DNA of 64,000 nt, from assembly GCA_029953675.1 (NCBI GenBank), contig JAMWBK010000006.1, positions 2,294,001 through 2,358,000 of the forward strand, written 5' to 3'. The first letter of the stretch is position 1, and every line of letters begins with the position of its first letter. A program made the position numbers and the translations under genes. This DNA is from Rhodosorus marinus CCMP1338 (lineage: Eukaryota; Plantae; Rhodophyta). The notes under the pieces are model-generated. The model ran no database searches and had not been told where the DNA came from. It was given only the letters and a program-made list of their open reading frames with translations. Below are positions 1 to 10,869 of the stretch, piece after piece.

Positions 1-1173
1 GATTCAGTCTCCTAATTTATTGGCTGTATGTGCTCCTTTCTCTGATGGATAGCGCATCTTGTATAGTACGGGATTCTAAGTTAAATCCTGCGCAGCTGCT
101 GATGTGGTATGCGTGCGGCCGCTAGTTGTTTACACAGCCGCCCGCTTCAAACGGCAGCTCAGTGTCAGTCTATTTTTTTTTCTAGGCTCTACGCGTTTGT
201 TAGCGTCAAGGTGTTATCACTATTTTCGAGATAGGGTTCTCCTTTACACTGTTGATGCAGCATGTTCGTGCTCATCAAATTGACGGTCATGAACCCACCA
301 CGACAAAGTAAACGAAACCAGTCACGTTTTTGTGGCTTTTTTTCAAGCATTTGCAGATGTTGACGAATCCTAGCTTTGACCTATCCGTTTGGCACTAACT
401 GCTTCTGGCCAGAGACAGAAGAACAAGTGCAGTATCCCAGTAGCTTCCACGCGCAGGCAGCTTCATTCCACTTCTCAGGTGCAATATAGTCATCCTGAGG
501 ATCCAAGATTACTCCACTGCTCAACTTTCGCGAGGTCTCGGGATTTGATCGAATTCATAACAGACTCCTGCATATGCAGTTTGCTTGCGAGGTCCCTACT
601 AGCATTGCGAAGGCAGTCCGCGTGTCCATGTACTGTTCAACTACAATCCGTGGATAGACGTTTAACAGTACAGTACTATAGATTCCTAATTATTACTAAC
701 ATTATTCGTTTTCTGGTTATGTATATCGTAATTATAGGTTCATTTCCTTATCTTTTGAGACCCCTTATGATACGATATTCAAAAATAGTTTTAAATTAGG
801 AACACGTTGTTTTCCTTCCATATTTTAACCGGGGGTATCCAGGCATATTGGTTTATGGGATTAAACGGTTCAAGGTACTGAACGATTGATTTCCCTCGCC
901 GGCGTCGTCGAGAATTCCTCTTTGCTGAATTTTTTTATTTTTCTTGAAGGTCCCAAACCCTGTGGGACAATTTTTTTGTAGTTTCTTTTCGGACTGCGGT
1001 TTTCATTTTTTTGTGATGTTTTCAATGGGTCAAGCAACGGTGTGGGAACATTGGTCGTCGTGATGACGGGATGCGCATTTGCTCATCGACGGAAGAGCAG
1101 AAAACGGGGGGGGGGGAGGGTGAGGTGGTTGAATGAGGATTGTAGAGGGTACTGATTATTTTCATTTGTAACC

Positions 1174-1878
1174 ATGGTGAGTAATTGAAATATGAACTTC
1201 TTGCTGTGGTCTAATAGAGCTCGTTTTAAGACAAGCATTTGGAATTTTTTTAACGCGTGAAAGATGGGTTTGCTGAGGTTTGGTTTGTTGCGTTTTGTTG
1301 TTTTTGTTTTGTTCAGCCTACCAGATTACATAAGAATAGGAAGAAGAGGGGTCACGTCTCCGCCGGTCATGGACGTATTGGAAAGCACCGAAAGCATCCG
1401 GGAGGACGTGGAAACGCTGGTGGTATGCACCACCATAGGATTCTTTTTGATAAGTACCATCCTGGATTCTTCGGGAAGGTCGGTATGAGATACTTCCACA
1501 AGACCCAGAATAAGTTCTTCTGCCCGACTTTGAATTTGGACAGGTAAGAGCTTTCACCACGAGGGGTTCTCACGCTCAATTATCTACTTGGAGGCCTTCA
1601 AGGTCGCAGTTCAACGTTCGATTGGGCCATATGCTTAACGTTTACCGTTTAATTTTTTTATCAGATTGTGGCCTATGCTTGGAGATGAGGTGAGGAAGGA
1701 GTATGCAGAGAAGAAGGATGTTGCTCCGGTGATTGATGTCACGGATAAGGGATACTTCAAAGTACTGGGTAGAGGTGCTTTGCCCAAGCAGCCTATCATC
1801 GTGAAAGCCAAGTATTTCTCGAAGCTTGCGGAGACTAAGATTAAGAAGGTCGGAGGCACATGTGTGCTGGTTGCATAA
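1174..1878 (+). CDS. RPL27A: 60S ribosomal protein L27a (uL15); exons 1174-1176 (ATG only), 1317-1543, 1665-1878
   Basis: Spliced product is [42 protein letters not shown]...[27 protein letters not shown], with the uL15 signature. GT-AG boundaries keep the frame. Confidence 0.97.
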
Positions 1879-2661
1879 GCCCCGAGAAATATGCTATATT
1901 TTGTGACTTTGCGAGTTCTTTCTACATAAATTTACTTTCTCAATGCTTTCATTCACTCCCTCAAATATGGGGAAGAGCAAGCCCCTGCATCAAATTGGCC
2001 TATATGCATGGTCTAGATATCCTGGCGAAAACCCGCAGCCAGCGCACTAGTGATCAATATCTGATCTGAAGGGATAGGATAGACACAGGAACTGGTGCCC
2101 TCGCTGGTGGCTGGCCCTAGGTCTTCGAAGACTATGAAAAGAGACTTCTGGGGAGATTGGGGGATTGGCTGACTACCAACATGGAACCTGGCTCGATTTT
2201 GGGATTGCTTGTTCTGCACAACTCTACTTCCACTGATCTCTACTTTTTTTTTGGCTTGACTTGTAGAACCGTTCTGCCAAGAGCTTTTGCGAACTCCGTT
2301 CCCTTGAGTCGGTTGTGTTCAGAGGCCTTGACAACTAATGACGAGCCAGCAACCCCCGACTAGCCTCGTCCCATGTGATCAAGACACGAATTAACTTAAA
2401 AAGATAATATTGCTTTAGCTGCTAATTGCATACCCTTCCCAACCGGCTCTCTGCAGATGCACCGGGGATTGCATATATCAAAAAATAGTTTTTCAGTTTT
2501 ATCGCGACGGATATGATGCGATCTCTCAGTAGCTCAAAATGTCCCCCCTATGAGCACGTGAAATCCCACAACGAACCCCAAGACCGTTGAAGGCTCAAAT
2601 CACTGCATCACAAAGAAGTCGATCTCCGGGCATCACGAAAACATCACCATTATGACGACGT

Positions 2662-4212
2662 TCATTGCTCTGGGTCATCCACAGCTACTGTGCAGAATTG
2701 ATTCTTAGATGCTCGTGTCTTGTCCAAGTACTTTAGATCATGGGAACTCGTCTCCCCTGGTCTGGTCGTGATGTCCCACTTTTGACAACCGTACATTTCC
2801 CTGAACTGGCCAGTTATTCCAGCAAGCACCAGGAAAAAAACAAACGGAATAAAGCAAACAATTCCCAGCAGAATCCACGGATAGGAAAGTCTCTGTTGAC
2901 GTGGAATGGTCGCGTACGAGTAGAGCAACTCCACTGAGAAAGTTATGATGAACATCAAGAAAATAACGTTAGAAACGGTACCCTCGTGAACATGCAGCGT
3001 TGATTTTCCGTCAACTTCCAAGTAACGACGAAGAGCTGTAGCAGCGGTGATGACGATCGAAGTCGGCATCAGATAGTACCAAACTTCCCGCATCAAAAAC
3101 ATCACGGTTACGCCCAGCTTTTGCTGAAGACTCGTTTTGCGACTTCTCATGAGCCCTCCGAAATGCTTGTAAGAACACTGGAACCATCCTTGTGCCCACC
3201 GAAGTCGCTGTCGCCAAAGATCGTGCACAGTTTCCGGCACGAGCTCAGAGGACAGAACGGATGGCTCGTGTCTTATGATACCACCGAGCAGTAAGGCTCT
3301 GAGGCTAACGTCGATGTCTTCAGTCAGCATGTCCTTATCGAAAAGAAGCTGAGACAGGTAGCTCTTTCTCCAAAATCCATTGGAACCACCAAAGACGCCG
3401 AAGCCTCTCCAAAACGAACCCCCACAATGGTGAACGTTGTACACAAGCCCTTCCTCGATTGACACGATTCTCGTAAGCATATTTCGGTCCTGATTTCTCA
3501 CAAAGCTGGAGCCCTGTAGGGCACAGGTCTCTGGCGTCCACAAGCGAGCCACCTCGCTCAGGGAGTTGGACATCGGCAGGTGATCAGCGTCAAGAATACC
3601 TACGACGTTACCCGAGGAGAGACCTACGCCATAGTTTACGTTTTCAGCTTTTGACGACGATGTGTTACATCGTTTAACTACTAGTTCTCTCTCTGAAGAA
3701 CCGACTTTAACGACTTTTTCCCTCGACTTCAATCGATATTCAAGTTGCTGTACTTCTGTCTTCAATTCTTCGGATGGTGTATAGTTGTAGACCACGACAA
3801 CTTGGTAGTCCGCATCATAGTCCATCCGGTACATTAACTGATCGATCGTGTTCTCGATAATATCAACCTCGTTCGGCAAATAGCAAGGAATGACTACCGA
3901 AAGCCTTATGTCTTCGGGTTTGCCTCCCACTTCAACGTCCTCGTCTAGGACCTTCCCCATAAGCAAGCTGCTCTTCTCATCAGGTTTCGACCCTGGCGGG
4001 GACTTCCAGCGGCTCATATCCAGAGCGCAGATGAAATCAACAATACTCAGCGACGTGATAAGCGCCAGGGTCCCAATAGACGTCCTGTTAAGCAAGTCAA
4101 TCAGCACCGCCGGCGCCGACATCGTTAGCACGCATACAGGAATCACCAACAATACGACAAATAATATGGAAATTTCTGCCCATGGGGGCATCTCTGTTCC
4201 CTTCCTCCACAT
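2662..4212 (-). CDS. Processive family-2 glycosyltransferase (cellulose-synthase-like), intronless, 516 aa, multi-pass membrane protein
   Basis: N-terminal hydrophobic helices, then IPCYLPNE, SKAEN, GILDADH (DxD), LTEDID (TED) and QRLRWAQG (QxxRW), followed by C-terminal TM helices. This is the D,D,D,QxxRW signature of processive GT2 enzymes. Confidence 0.9.
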   Translation of the reverse strand: MWRKGTEMPPWAEISILFVVLLVIPVCVLTMSAPAVLIDLLNRTSIGTLALITSLSIVDFICALDMSRWKSPPGSKPDEKSSLLMGKVLDEDVEVGGKPEDIRLSVVIPCYLPNEVDIIENTIDQLMYRMDYDADYQVVVVYNYTPSEELKTEVQQLEYRLKSREKVVKVGSSERELVVKRCNTSSSKAENVNYGVGLSSGNVVGILDADHLPMSNSLSEVARLWTPETCALQGSSFVRNQDRNMLTRIVSIEEGLVYNVHHCGGSFWRGFGVFGGSNGFWRKSYLSQLLFDKDMLTEDIDVSLRALLLGGIIRHEPSVLSSELVPETVHDLWRQRLRWAQGWFQCSYKHFGGLMRSRKTSLQQKLGVTVMFLMREVWYYLMPTSIVITAATALRRYLEVDGKSTLHVHEGTVSNVIFLMFIITFSVELLYSYATIPRQQRLSYPWILLGIVCFIPFVFFLVLAGITGQFREMYGCQKWDITTRPGETSSHDLKYLDKTRASKNQFCTVAVDDPEQ

Positions 4213-6578
4213 CTCCCACTATCTGCTAACTCTTCATGAGCAACCTCTTCAATCAACCCCCTCAATCCCCAAAAATCCCGACCCCTACCTCCACCCTTTA
4301 TCCACCACACTCTACGCCTTTCAATTCACAGGTAAGCCAAGCTCTTAAAAACTCAACACCTCATCCCCTACTGCCCGCATCCCAACACAAAAATTTCACT
4401 GCCAACAACAATAAACTCACACCCTTGCCATCAGCTTCGACCCTGCTCTCCCATCTGCTCCTATTCCTAATCCTAATATGGCAAAATGGCACGCACGCAC
4501 AGGGAAAAAGAGGACAATAGTGTCACCCTGTTTATCATAATCCGAAGTGTCTCCCTCCCGCCATGTTCTCGGAAGCGGAAATATAACTACTCATTCTTCT
4601 CCCATTCATCCCTCCCATTCACTCCCGTTATCATCAACAACCGTAAATCGCCAATATTTCATATACAATTCCATTTATACATCAATCATTTTCAATGATC
4701 ACTGACCAACAATCACCGATTAGATTTTTAGATAATGATTGAGAAAAAGCCGCTCAACTGGGGAAGCTAGAATTTCAATAATGTTTAGTAGGCATTTTTC
4801 TCCGGGAAATTGGGAGGGGGTAGATGAAGGAATTTTACCGCATTGCCCAATCGCATCTAGTTTCTCCCCCCCTTTACGCCATCCAAAAAATTGCAGATAT
4901 TCGAATTATGTTTCATATTTTGAAGGTTTTCGTTTCCATTGTTCGAATCGAATGTGGGGGTTGGCAAAGGACGCGTTTCAAGCGGATATTTATTTCGTTG
5001 CGTTTTCCGGGTCAAAGCGCTAGTTGTCAAATTGTATTTGAATGGTAAAGTTTGTTCGGCCCATGGAACTGATCAGTCATACGAGATATCATTGGTTGGG
5101 ACATCCTCGATATCTCATATTATTTAAAAGAATTGTAAATAAACTGCTCAATAATATTAGTAAATTCATCAAAAATAGATCTTTCGTCGACGAAGGTCCT
5201 ATTGGTCAATATTCTAAACGGAATTCTTTGTTTCCGTCAACCTTATGAACACTGTAAATATGTCTCTCTATTTTCGAGAAAATTAGATCAACTTGCATAA
5301 AAGGGAAATTCAGTCTCGATGAATCATATAGATTGATATAGCCGTAATAATATTTTAATTCTGTAAGGTTCGATATCGAATATTTTTGTTTTCAATGGGG
5401 GAAGGGGACCGGGATTTGAGATTGCACCTGTTGCATGCATGGGCAAGGTGAGTCCAATCTTAAACATTTGGCACTGGCTCCTGGTTCTCCTAGGTCTTTG
5501 GCAATAGGCGCCTGGCCAGCCCCTATTCGTTGGTTCCATATCTGTCGAGATGGGAAAAGCAGGAATTCGATCAGGGAAGCATCGATCTTAGAGTATGGAA
5601 CCCCGAAGAGCAATCGTTTTTGTCGAATTAAGAACTAACTCCCTTAGAGACCGTAGACCCTAGTCGTGTATGTTTACAGTAGGAGAGGCGGCGAAGGGTT
5701 TGCTGCAATATTGTTCACATAAGCAGAAAAGTCAGTGTACGCAGACACAAGCGGAGTGTAAGTTCATGCAAAGGTGCTGATAGTAGAAGCAGAAGCCCTG
5801 GTCTTGGTGGCCCGGTTTTGACCTGAAGTCTATATTCTGAGGAGGTATTTCTTAAGCAGGAACCTTTCAGCCCCATCCACCCCGGCCAGATGTTTAGTTC
5901 GTGCGCTGGAGGGGAGCATCAAAATACAGGACCTTGATCAAATAGTGTTGGCCCACGGTTTGGACCCTTCTATCCCACCCGGTATCTACCTATCTCTATG
6001 CCATCGTAATAAATCCATCGTAGCTTCTATCTCAAACAAGGGGTGCTTCATCGCAAACCGCGGAAGGACCTTCAGCTGTGAACAACCCGGGCGAAGAACA
6101 TGGGCATAGGACTGCCACGGATGGTTGTTGTTTTCTTGTTTTTGAGCTTGCCAGTATTTGGATGATGACCTTAGTGTAGACGGGCGTAATCGAACAAACG
6201 CAACGCGCACACAAACATGCACCACTATTTCGGGCCAACACGACAAGCCACTACCCGTACTCGAAGACCGGCCATGTAAAACGCAAAAGCAAGAAATCGC
6301 GAAGTACCTGCCGGGTTCGAACTAAATACAACACTCGACAACTCGTGCTGCGATGTACAGGTTCCAGTAGTGATCCTATGTTGTCTTCATTAGTCCTTCT
6401 GAAAATTCAGATGGTTTCCTGATACTCTGTTCACTCTCACAACAGTGACGGAGGCCCCTCACTTGAAAACCACGTTGCTCCGAAACTTTGTAAAACGGAC
6501 AACTACACCCACAGATCATGTTCAAGAGCAAAGCAACAAGGTGGTATGAAAGAATCTCCAATCCCTCCTCTCTCCATA

Positions 6579-6729
6579 CTAAGATTCCAACGCCTCTTTA
6601 CGTGGATGGAGTCACGCAACTACCTTTCAGTATCCCGTAGTAACTGCTGCTCCATGTGCAGTCATCTGGGATACCTGAAAGGTAGTTGCGTGTAATTCCA
6701 TCCACGGAAAGCACGTGTTGGAATCTTAG
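6579..6729. ncRNA. Long imperfect inverted repeat / foldback hairpin, pre-miRNA-like
   Basis: The left arm 6579-6636 and the reverse complement of the right arm 6668-6729 share perfect blocks CTAAGATTCCAAC (13), CGTGGATGGA (10), CACGCAACTACCTTTCAG (18) and TATCCC (6), separated by small bulges. The loop holds a further ACTGC/GCAGT stem. The inverted repeat is certain; the ncRNA call is inference. Confidence 0.6.
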
Positions 6730-7139
6730 AACTTCTTCCCTATTCAGTACCAAACATCGTAGGACTCCCCCAGCGGCTTCTACTTATCTGCTCGGAACTT
6801 GTAGCCTACATGGAGCAAGTCAAGAGACAATCATGACGAGATTACAACATACCCAGGGTCTACACATTTAGCATCTAGTTTTCAAGACCATCATCGAACA
6901 AAAGTCTGTGCAACACTAAAAAGGTTACTCCATTCCTATGATGACCACGACCCACCGAATGTCTGCTATTATCGAAGCGGTATTCGCAGCGACCATCACA
7001 CGAGGGAAGAGATACGCTGAAGAGGATATTGTCGGGTTAAGAAGGGCAGGATGACCAGATTCCGCTGGGGGTATTGGAGGGAGATGTTGAGTTGTTGAAG
7101 ATCAACATTTCGGGTTTCTAGGAGATTGGTTGAAGGAGG

Positions 7140-7744
7140 ATGGGAAAAAAGGGCGGAGGAGGAGGAGGTGGCGGTGGTAAGGGGGGTAAAGGTGGAGGTG
7201 ATACGAAACTGAAGACATGCAACTTTGTGAAAGCGAGGCATATCCTGTGTGAAAAGCAAGGGAAAATCAATGAATGCTGGAAGGAGATGGGTGAGGCGTA
7301 TTTGGATGATGGTGACAAGATTCCCGGACCAAAGTTTGGAGAGGTGAGTAATTGATGGAGAGCTTGAGCACATTTGATGTTAGGCTTTTGGAATATGAGA
7401 CGATGGTGATTTAACTCGCTATCTTCTGCGCGAACGTTGGTCCGATTTTGACTTGTTTAGTATGCGATGAAGTATAGCGAGTGCAGCTCAGCGAAGAGCG
7501 GGGGAAACCTGGGATGGTTTCCTCGCGGCAAGATGGAGGGAAAATTTCAGGAGGTGGCATTCTCAACCGAAGTCGGCAAGGTTGCACCCCCTTTCAAGGG
7601 CGCCAATGGTAAGTTACTGGACGCCCAATAGGCTGCGACGTATCCTATACCCTATCGTCGGCTCCACGAAACCCTGACCACTTAACAACACGATCTCCCT
7701 GACCAGGTTGGCATATTCTTCTAGTCGAAGGCCGCAGAGCATAG
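7140..7744 (+). CDS. PIN4: Parvulin-type peptidyl-prolyl cis-trans isomerase PIN4/Par14; exons 7140-7343, 7461-7608, 7707-7744
   Basis: Gly/Lys-rich N-terminus, then VKARHILCEKQGKI, YSECSSAKSGGNLGWFPRGKMEGKFQEVAF and GWHILLVEGRRA. Splice sites are canonical. Confidence 0.95.
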
Positions 7745-7914
7745 CGAGGGGATCCGTATGGCTGTCGAATCTGTTGATCGTTTGCCAAGTTGAGTCTCCG
7801 CTGGAATGGTTCTAGGAGTTCTACTCTGCACGTTCCGTGAGCCGTCGTCGTTATACCGTTTCCAATATACAATTTCTTTATCACTGTAAGTAATGCAATG
7901 ATGCGTCCCCTTTT

Positions 7915-8966
7915 TTACATATTTTGAACCGCGACTTGCTCTTCAGCTGATGTGCCACTGATGGAACAGCTGGCTGAACACGTCAACAGAACAGCAGTTC
8001 CCCAGTCCATTCCCTCAGCTAAGCGGTCTTCTCCAAGCAAGTAGATGACGTTCGGTAGCAGCTGTAGTTCAGGAACCCTTTCTGACCCACAAAGCTGACA
8101 AACTGATGTAGAATCCTGCTGCTCAGAGAGCCAGAGAACAGTCCCTCCATAGCAATACCTGCAATTGGACAGCCACAACAAATGACTCAACACATAGGCT
8201 TACAGAAAACGAGCTATCCGAAACATGTGCGTCCTGTTTGTTACCTCATGCACTGCTCGGGGCATCGCTCCACTATTTTCATTAGCCTCTGAAAAGCTTT
8301 CGAATGGTCAGGCAGGTTGTCCTTTTCATATGTCTCACCCTGCCATCCGTCAGCCGAATCAGGTGTTTCTATTGAAGCTACTTCCTCCTCGTAGCGCCTC
8401 TGCAGGTCCAAAACATGCTGTTTCTCCTTGTTCGTCATTCGCTCTGCCGTACATGGCTCTTCGCCCCATTCGATTCCTGTACATCGCCATTCGGACCGGG
8501 CTGAGACTTTGCTAGCACTAGCACTGCCCGCTGGCTTTCCTTGAGGCTGCGTTTCTGGTGCTTTCTCTCTCTTGATGCTGCTTAGCTCAAGAAGGTCAGT
8601 CAGTTCGTCCATGTCAATCTCATCCTCAGCACCCCAGCCATCGTCAGTCTCCGACGAGGTGCCACCACCTTCGTCCTTCAATTCTCCCGGAGATTCTCGG
8701 ACCTGCCGGAGGACTACCCACCCAGAGTTGGAGCCAGAACACTCCGTCCGTTCGCAGGCGAATATGTACAAGCACCTTTCGTACTGATGATCCACAGGTG
8801 CATGAACTTGGCCCAAGAACGTGAGCTCCCTTTCGCATCTTCGGCAGGCAGGGAAAGTGTTCAAACCCTCCGACAACCATGTAGGTCGACCGCCTAGCTT
8901 GCTCGTCAATGGATCCTCCTCGTCAACTGTCCATGACGCCGGAAATCCCAGCTGTGACGGACCCAT
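7915..8966 (-). CDS. PDCD2L: Programmed cell death 2-like protein (TSR4/PDCD2L family); exons 8966-8245, 8158-7915
   Basis: SKLGGRPTWL, CRRC, FLGQVHAP and LYIFAC at the N-terminus. PDCD2_C-like C-terminus PEQCMRYCYGG...CQLCGSERVPELQLLP...DWGT. Confidence 0.9.
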
Positions 8967-10869
8967 CTGCGCTCACCCAGCTCATGATACTTCAGCACCA
9001 TCCACGCGATGAACGTTTTCCCACCGGTTGAAACCTGCTTAGCATTTCGGGCAGCTGAAGCAACACCCTTCCTGACGCACGACGGGCAACCCTCTTGAAG
9101 GACTTTTCTGTTGGGGGCACTGCTGGTAAAGCGTGTAAGGAGTAACAACAGTATCAAAACGCTTCTGAGCTTCATTCGAGAGAGAGGGTGCTTGTGTTCT
9201 GCCCCAGCCTAACGAGGTATGCAAGTCCAGGCGCACGTGAGTGGCTTGCAAGGTTGGGGAGTCGATGGTGCATTATGTGCGAACATTAGAATCTGCAGCA
9301 GCCGAAGTCGAAAAGCTCTGTGAGCGAGGTCTATATAGTTTTGATAGAAGGCGGGAATGGTGATTTTGGGGTTGTGTGAACACCGAGGAATGGAGAACCT
9401 TCTGATATGGGACTTGGTGAAGGCGTAGGTTAGCACGTAGCTTTGCGATTGTCGATTACACGGCTTGGTACAAAAAAATTCCTTGAACCTCGTATGGGAC
9501 GATATGGCAGCTTCCGCTAGGAAGCGATCAACTCCTAATCCCCATGTTCATGGTTCAGAGAGCGTGAAGCAAAGCCGAAAGGGTTGAAAGCGTTCGAGCG
9601 CCACTGTCTTCAGAACGCGCAGACTTCTCCTAGATGTTCGTGGGAAATGATTGAGGAACAGACCAAGGCACACACACATAACTAGACGATGGAACTCCCA
9701 TCTCCCCCTTTCCGACGATTAGATGAGGTTCGGAAAAACACCGCATATGGTCTGAAAATCCTGCCCACAACTCGCTCCAAGTTTTTTAATTTCAACGGAA
9801 ATTCTGTGACCACACAGAACTTAATCACTCATCAAATTTCTATTTCGTTCAAATGTTTACCCCCCGGGTTATCATGCTTTTGCGACATCCGAAGTAAATA
9901 GATCTAATGATCATAAACATATCAAATTTGATTCTGCGTCGTCGGCAGGGATCCATTCTTAAAGAGATATACTACCCCCTCAACTAAACAATTCTTCAAT
10001 TTTTGAATTGTATTCATCGATTTGGCGAGAAGGGGCCATTGTTGGCCTGAAAAACGAAACCTTGTGCAATCCAAAAAAGTACTATGAAAAGAAATCAAAT
10101 CACGTCCAAGATGAGATGAAAACTCCTGCCGCAAAACACTTCTATCTCGCCCCTCTATTAGTAGAATGGAAACCAAAATGTATCCAATTTCCTCAATACA
10201 TAGAGGGGGTAAAATAAATTCACTTTATTACCATAATATAATAAAATTCTTCTCTTTCATTTCTTCTTTAATTGGGTAAGGAGGGTACCGTATATAAATT
10301 TAGAGGCGGTTTAGAAGTATACCAAAGGGGTCGGATTTTATTTGGTATGCAATGGAAGACTATGATGTTCTGTTTTTTTGATAAAGTTAGTGCTGTTGGG
10401 GTGTGGGGATTGAAATGGTCGGTGGATTGATTCGTCATGGGCTTTTTTTGGAGCAGATTGTGAGGATTGAGGGGGTTCCCTCTAGCTTAGGTTGAATGTG
10501 GGAGATAAAGGAGGGGGTTAACCCCAGGGTTTTTGATGTCTGTAAGATGATAGTGGAATTTTTTGTTTTGGAAGTGTGAAGATTAGTAATGATTGAGAAG
10601 ATGATGTGATATACTAAGGTGGGTAGGGGGAGCTTGGGTGGTAAGCTTGATTGGGGGAGGAGGCTGGGTGAGTTCTGGGAGATTCTCACTCTCTGGGGTT
10701 GTTTGGAGGTGTGAGGGGTTTTTGGTATCTTCCGAAAGGATGAGGAAGAGCTGAGGTTTTAAGGAGGTGGTTGTTTTTTTTTGGTTTGGTTTTGGTTTGG
10801 TTTTGGTTTGGGTTAGGTAGTTACATTTTTGTTTTTTTGGTAGGGGCTTCTGCGAGGGGTGCGGGCATT

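Noticed and set aside
381-659. Minus-strand protein-like frame broken by one in-frame TGA (556-558), considered as a selenoprotein or readthrough
   Set aside because: There is no redox CxxU-type context, no recognisable family and no SECIS-like element that I can identify. It is more likely non-coding or decayed sequence.
389-799. 136-aa plus-strand ORF from the ORF track
   Set aside because: It has a non-ATG start, no recognisable motif, and runs into AT-rich intergenic sequence.
7146-7200. GGA/GGT run encoding poly-Gly at the PIN4 N-terminus
   Set aside because: A Gly/Lys-rich N-terminal extension is a normal feature of Par14/PIN4 proteins.
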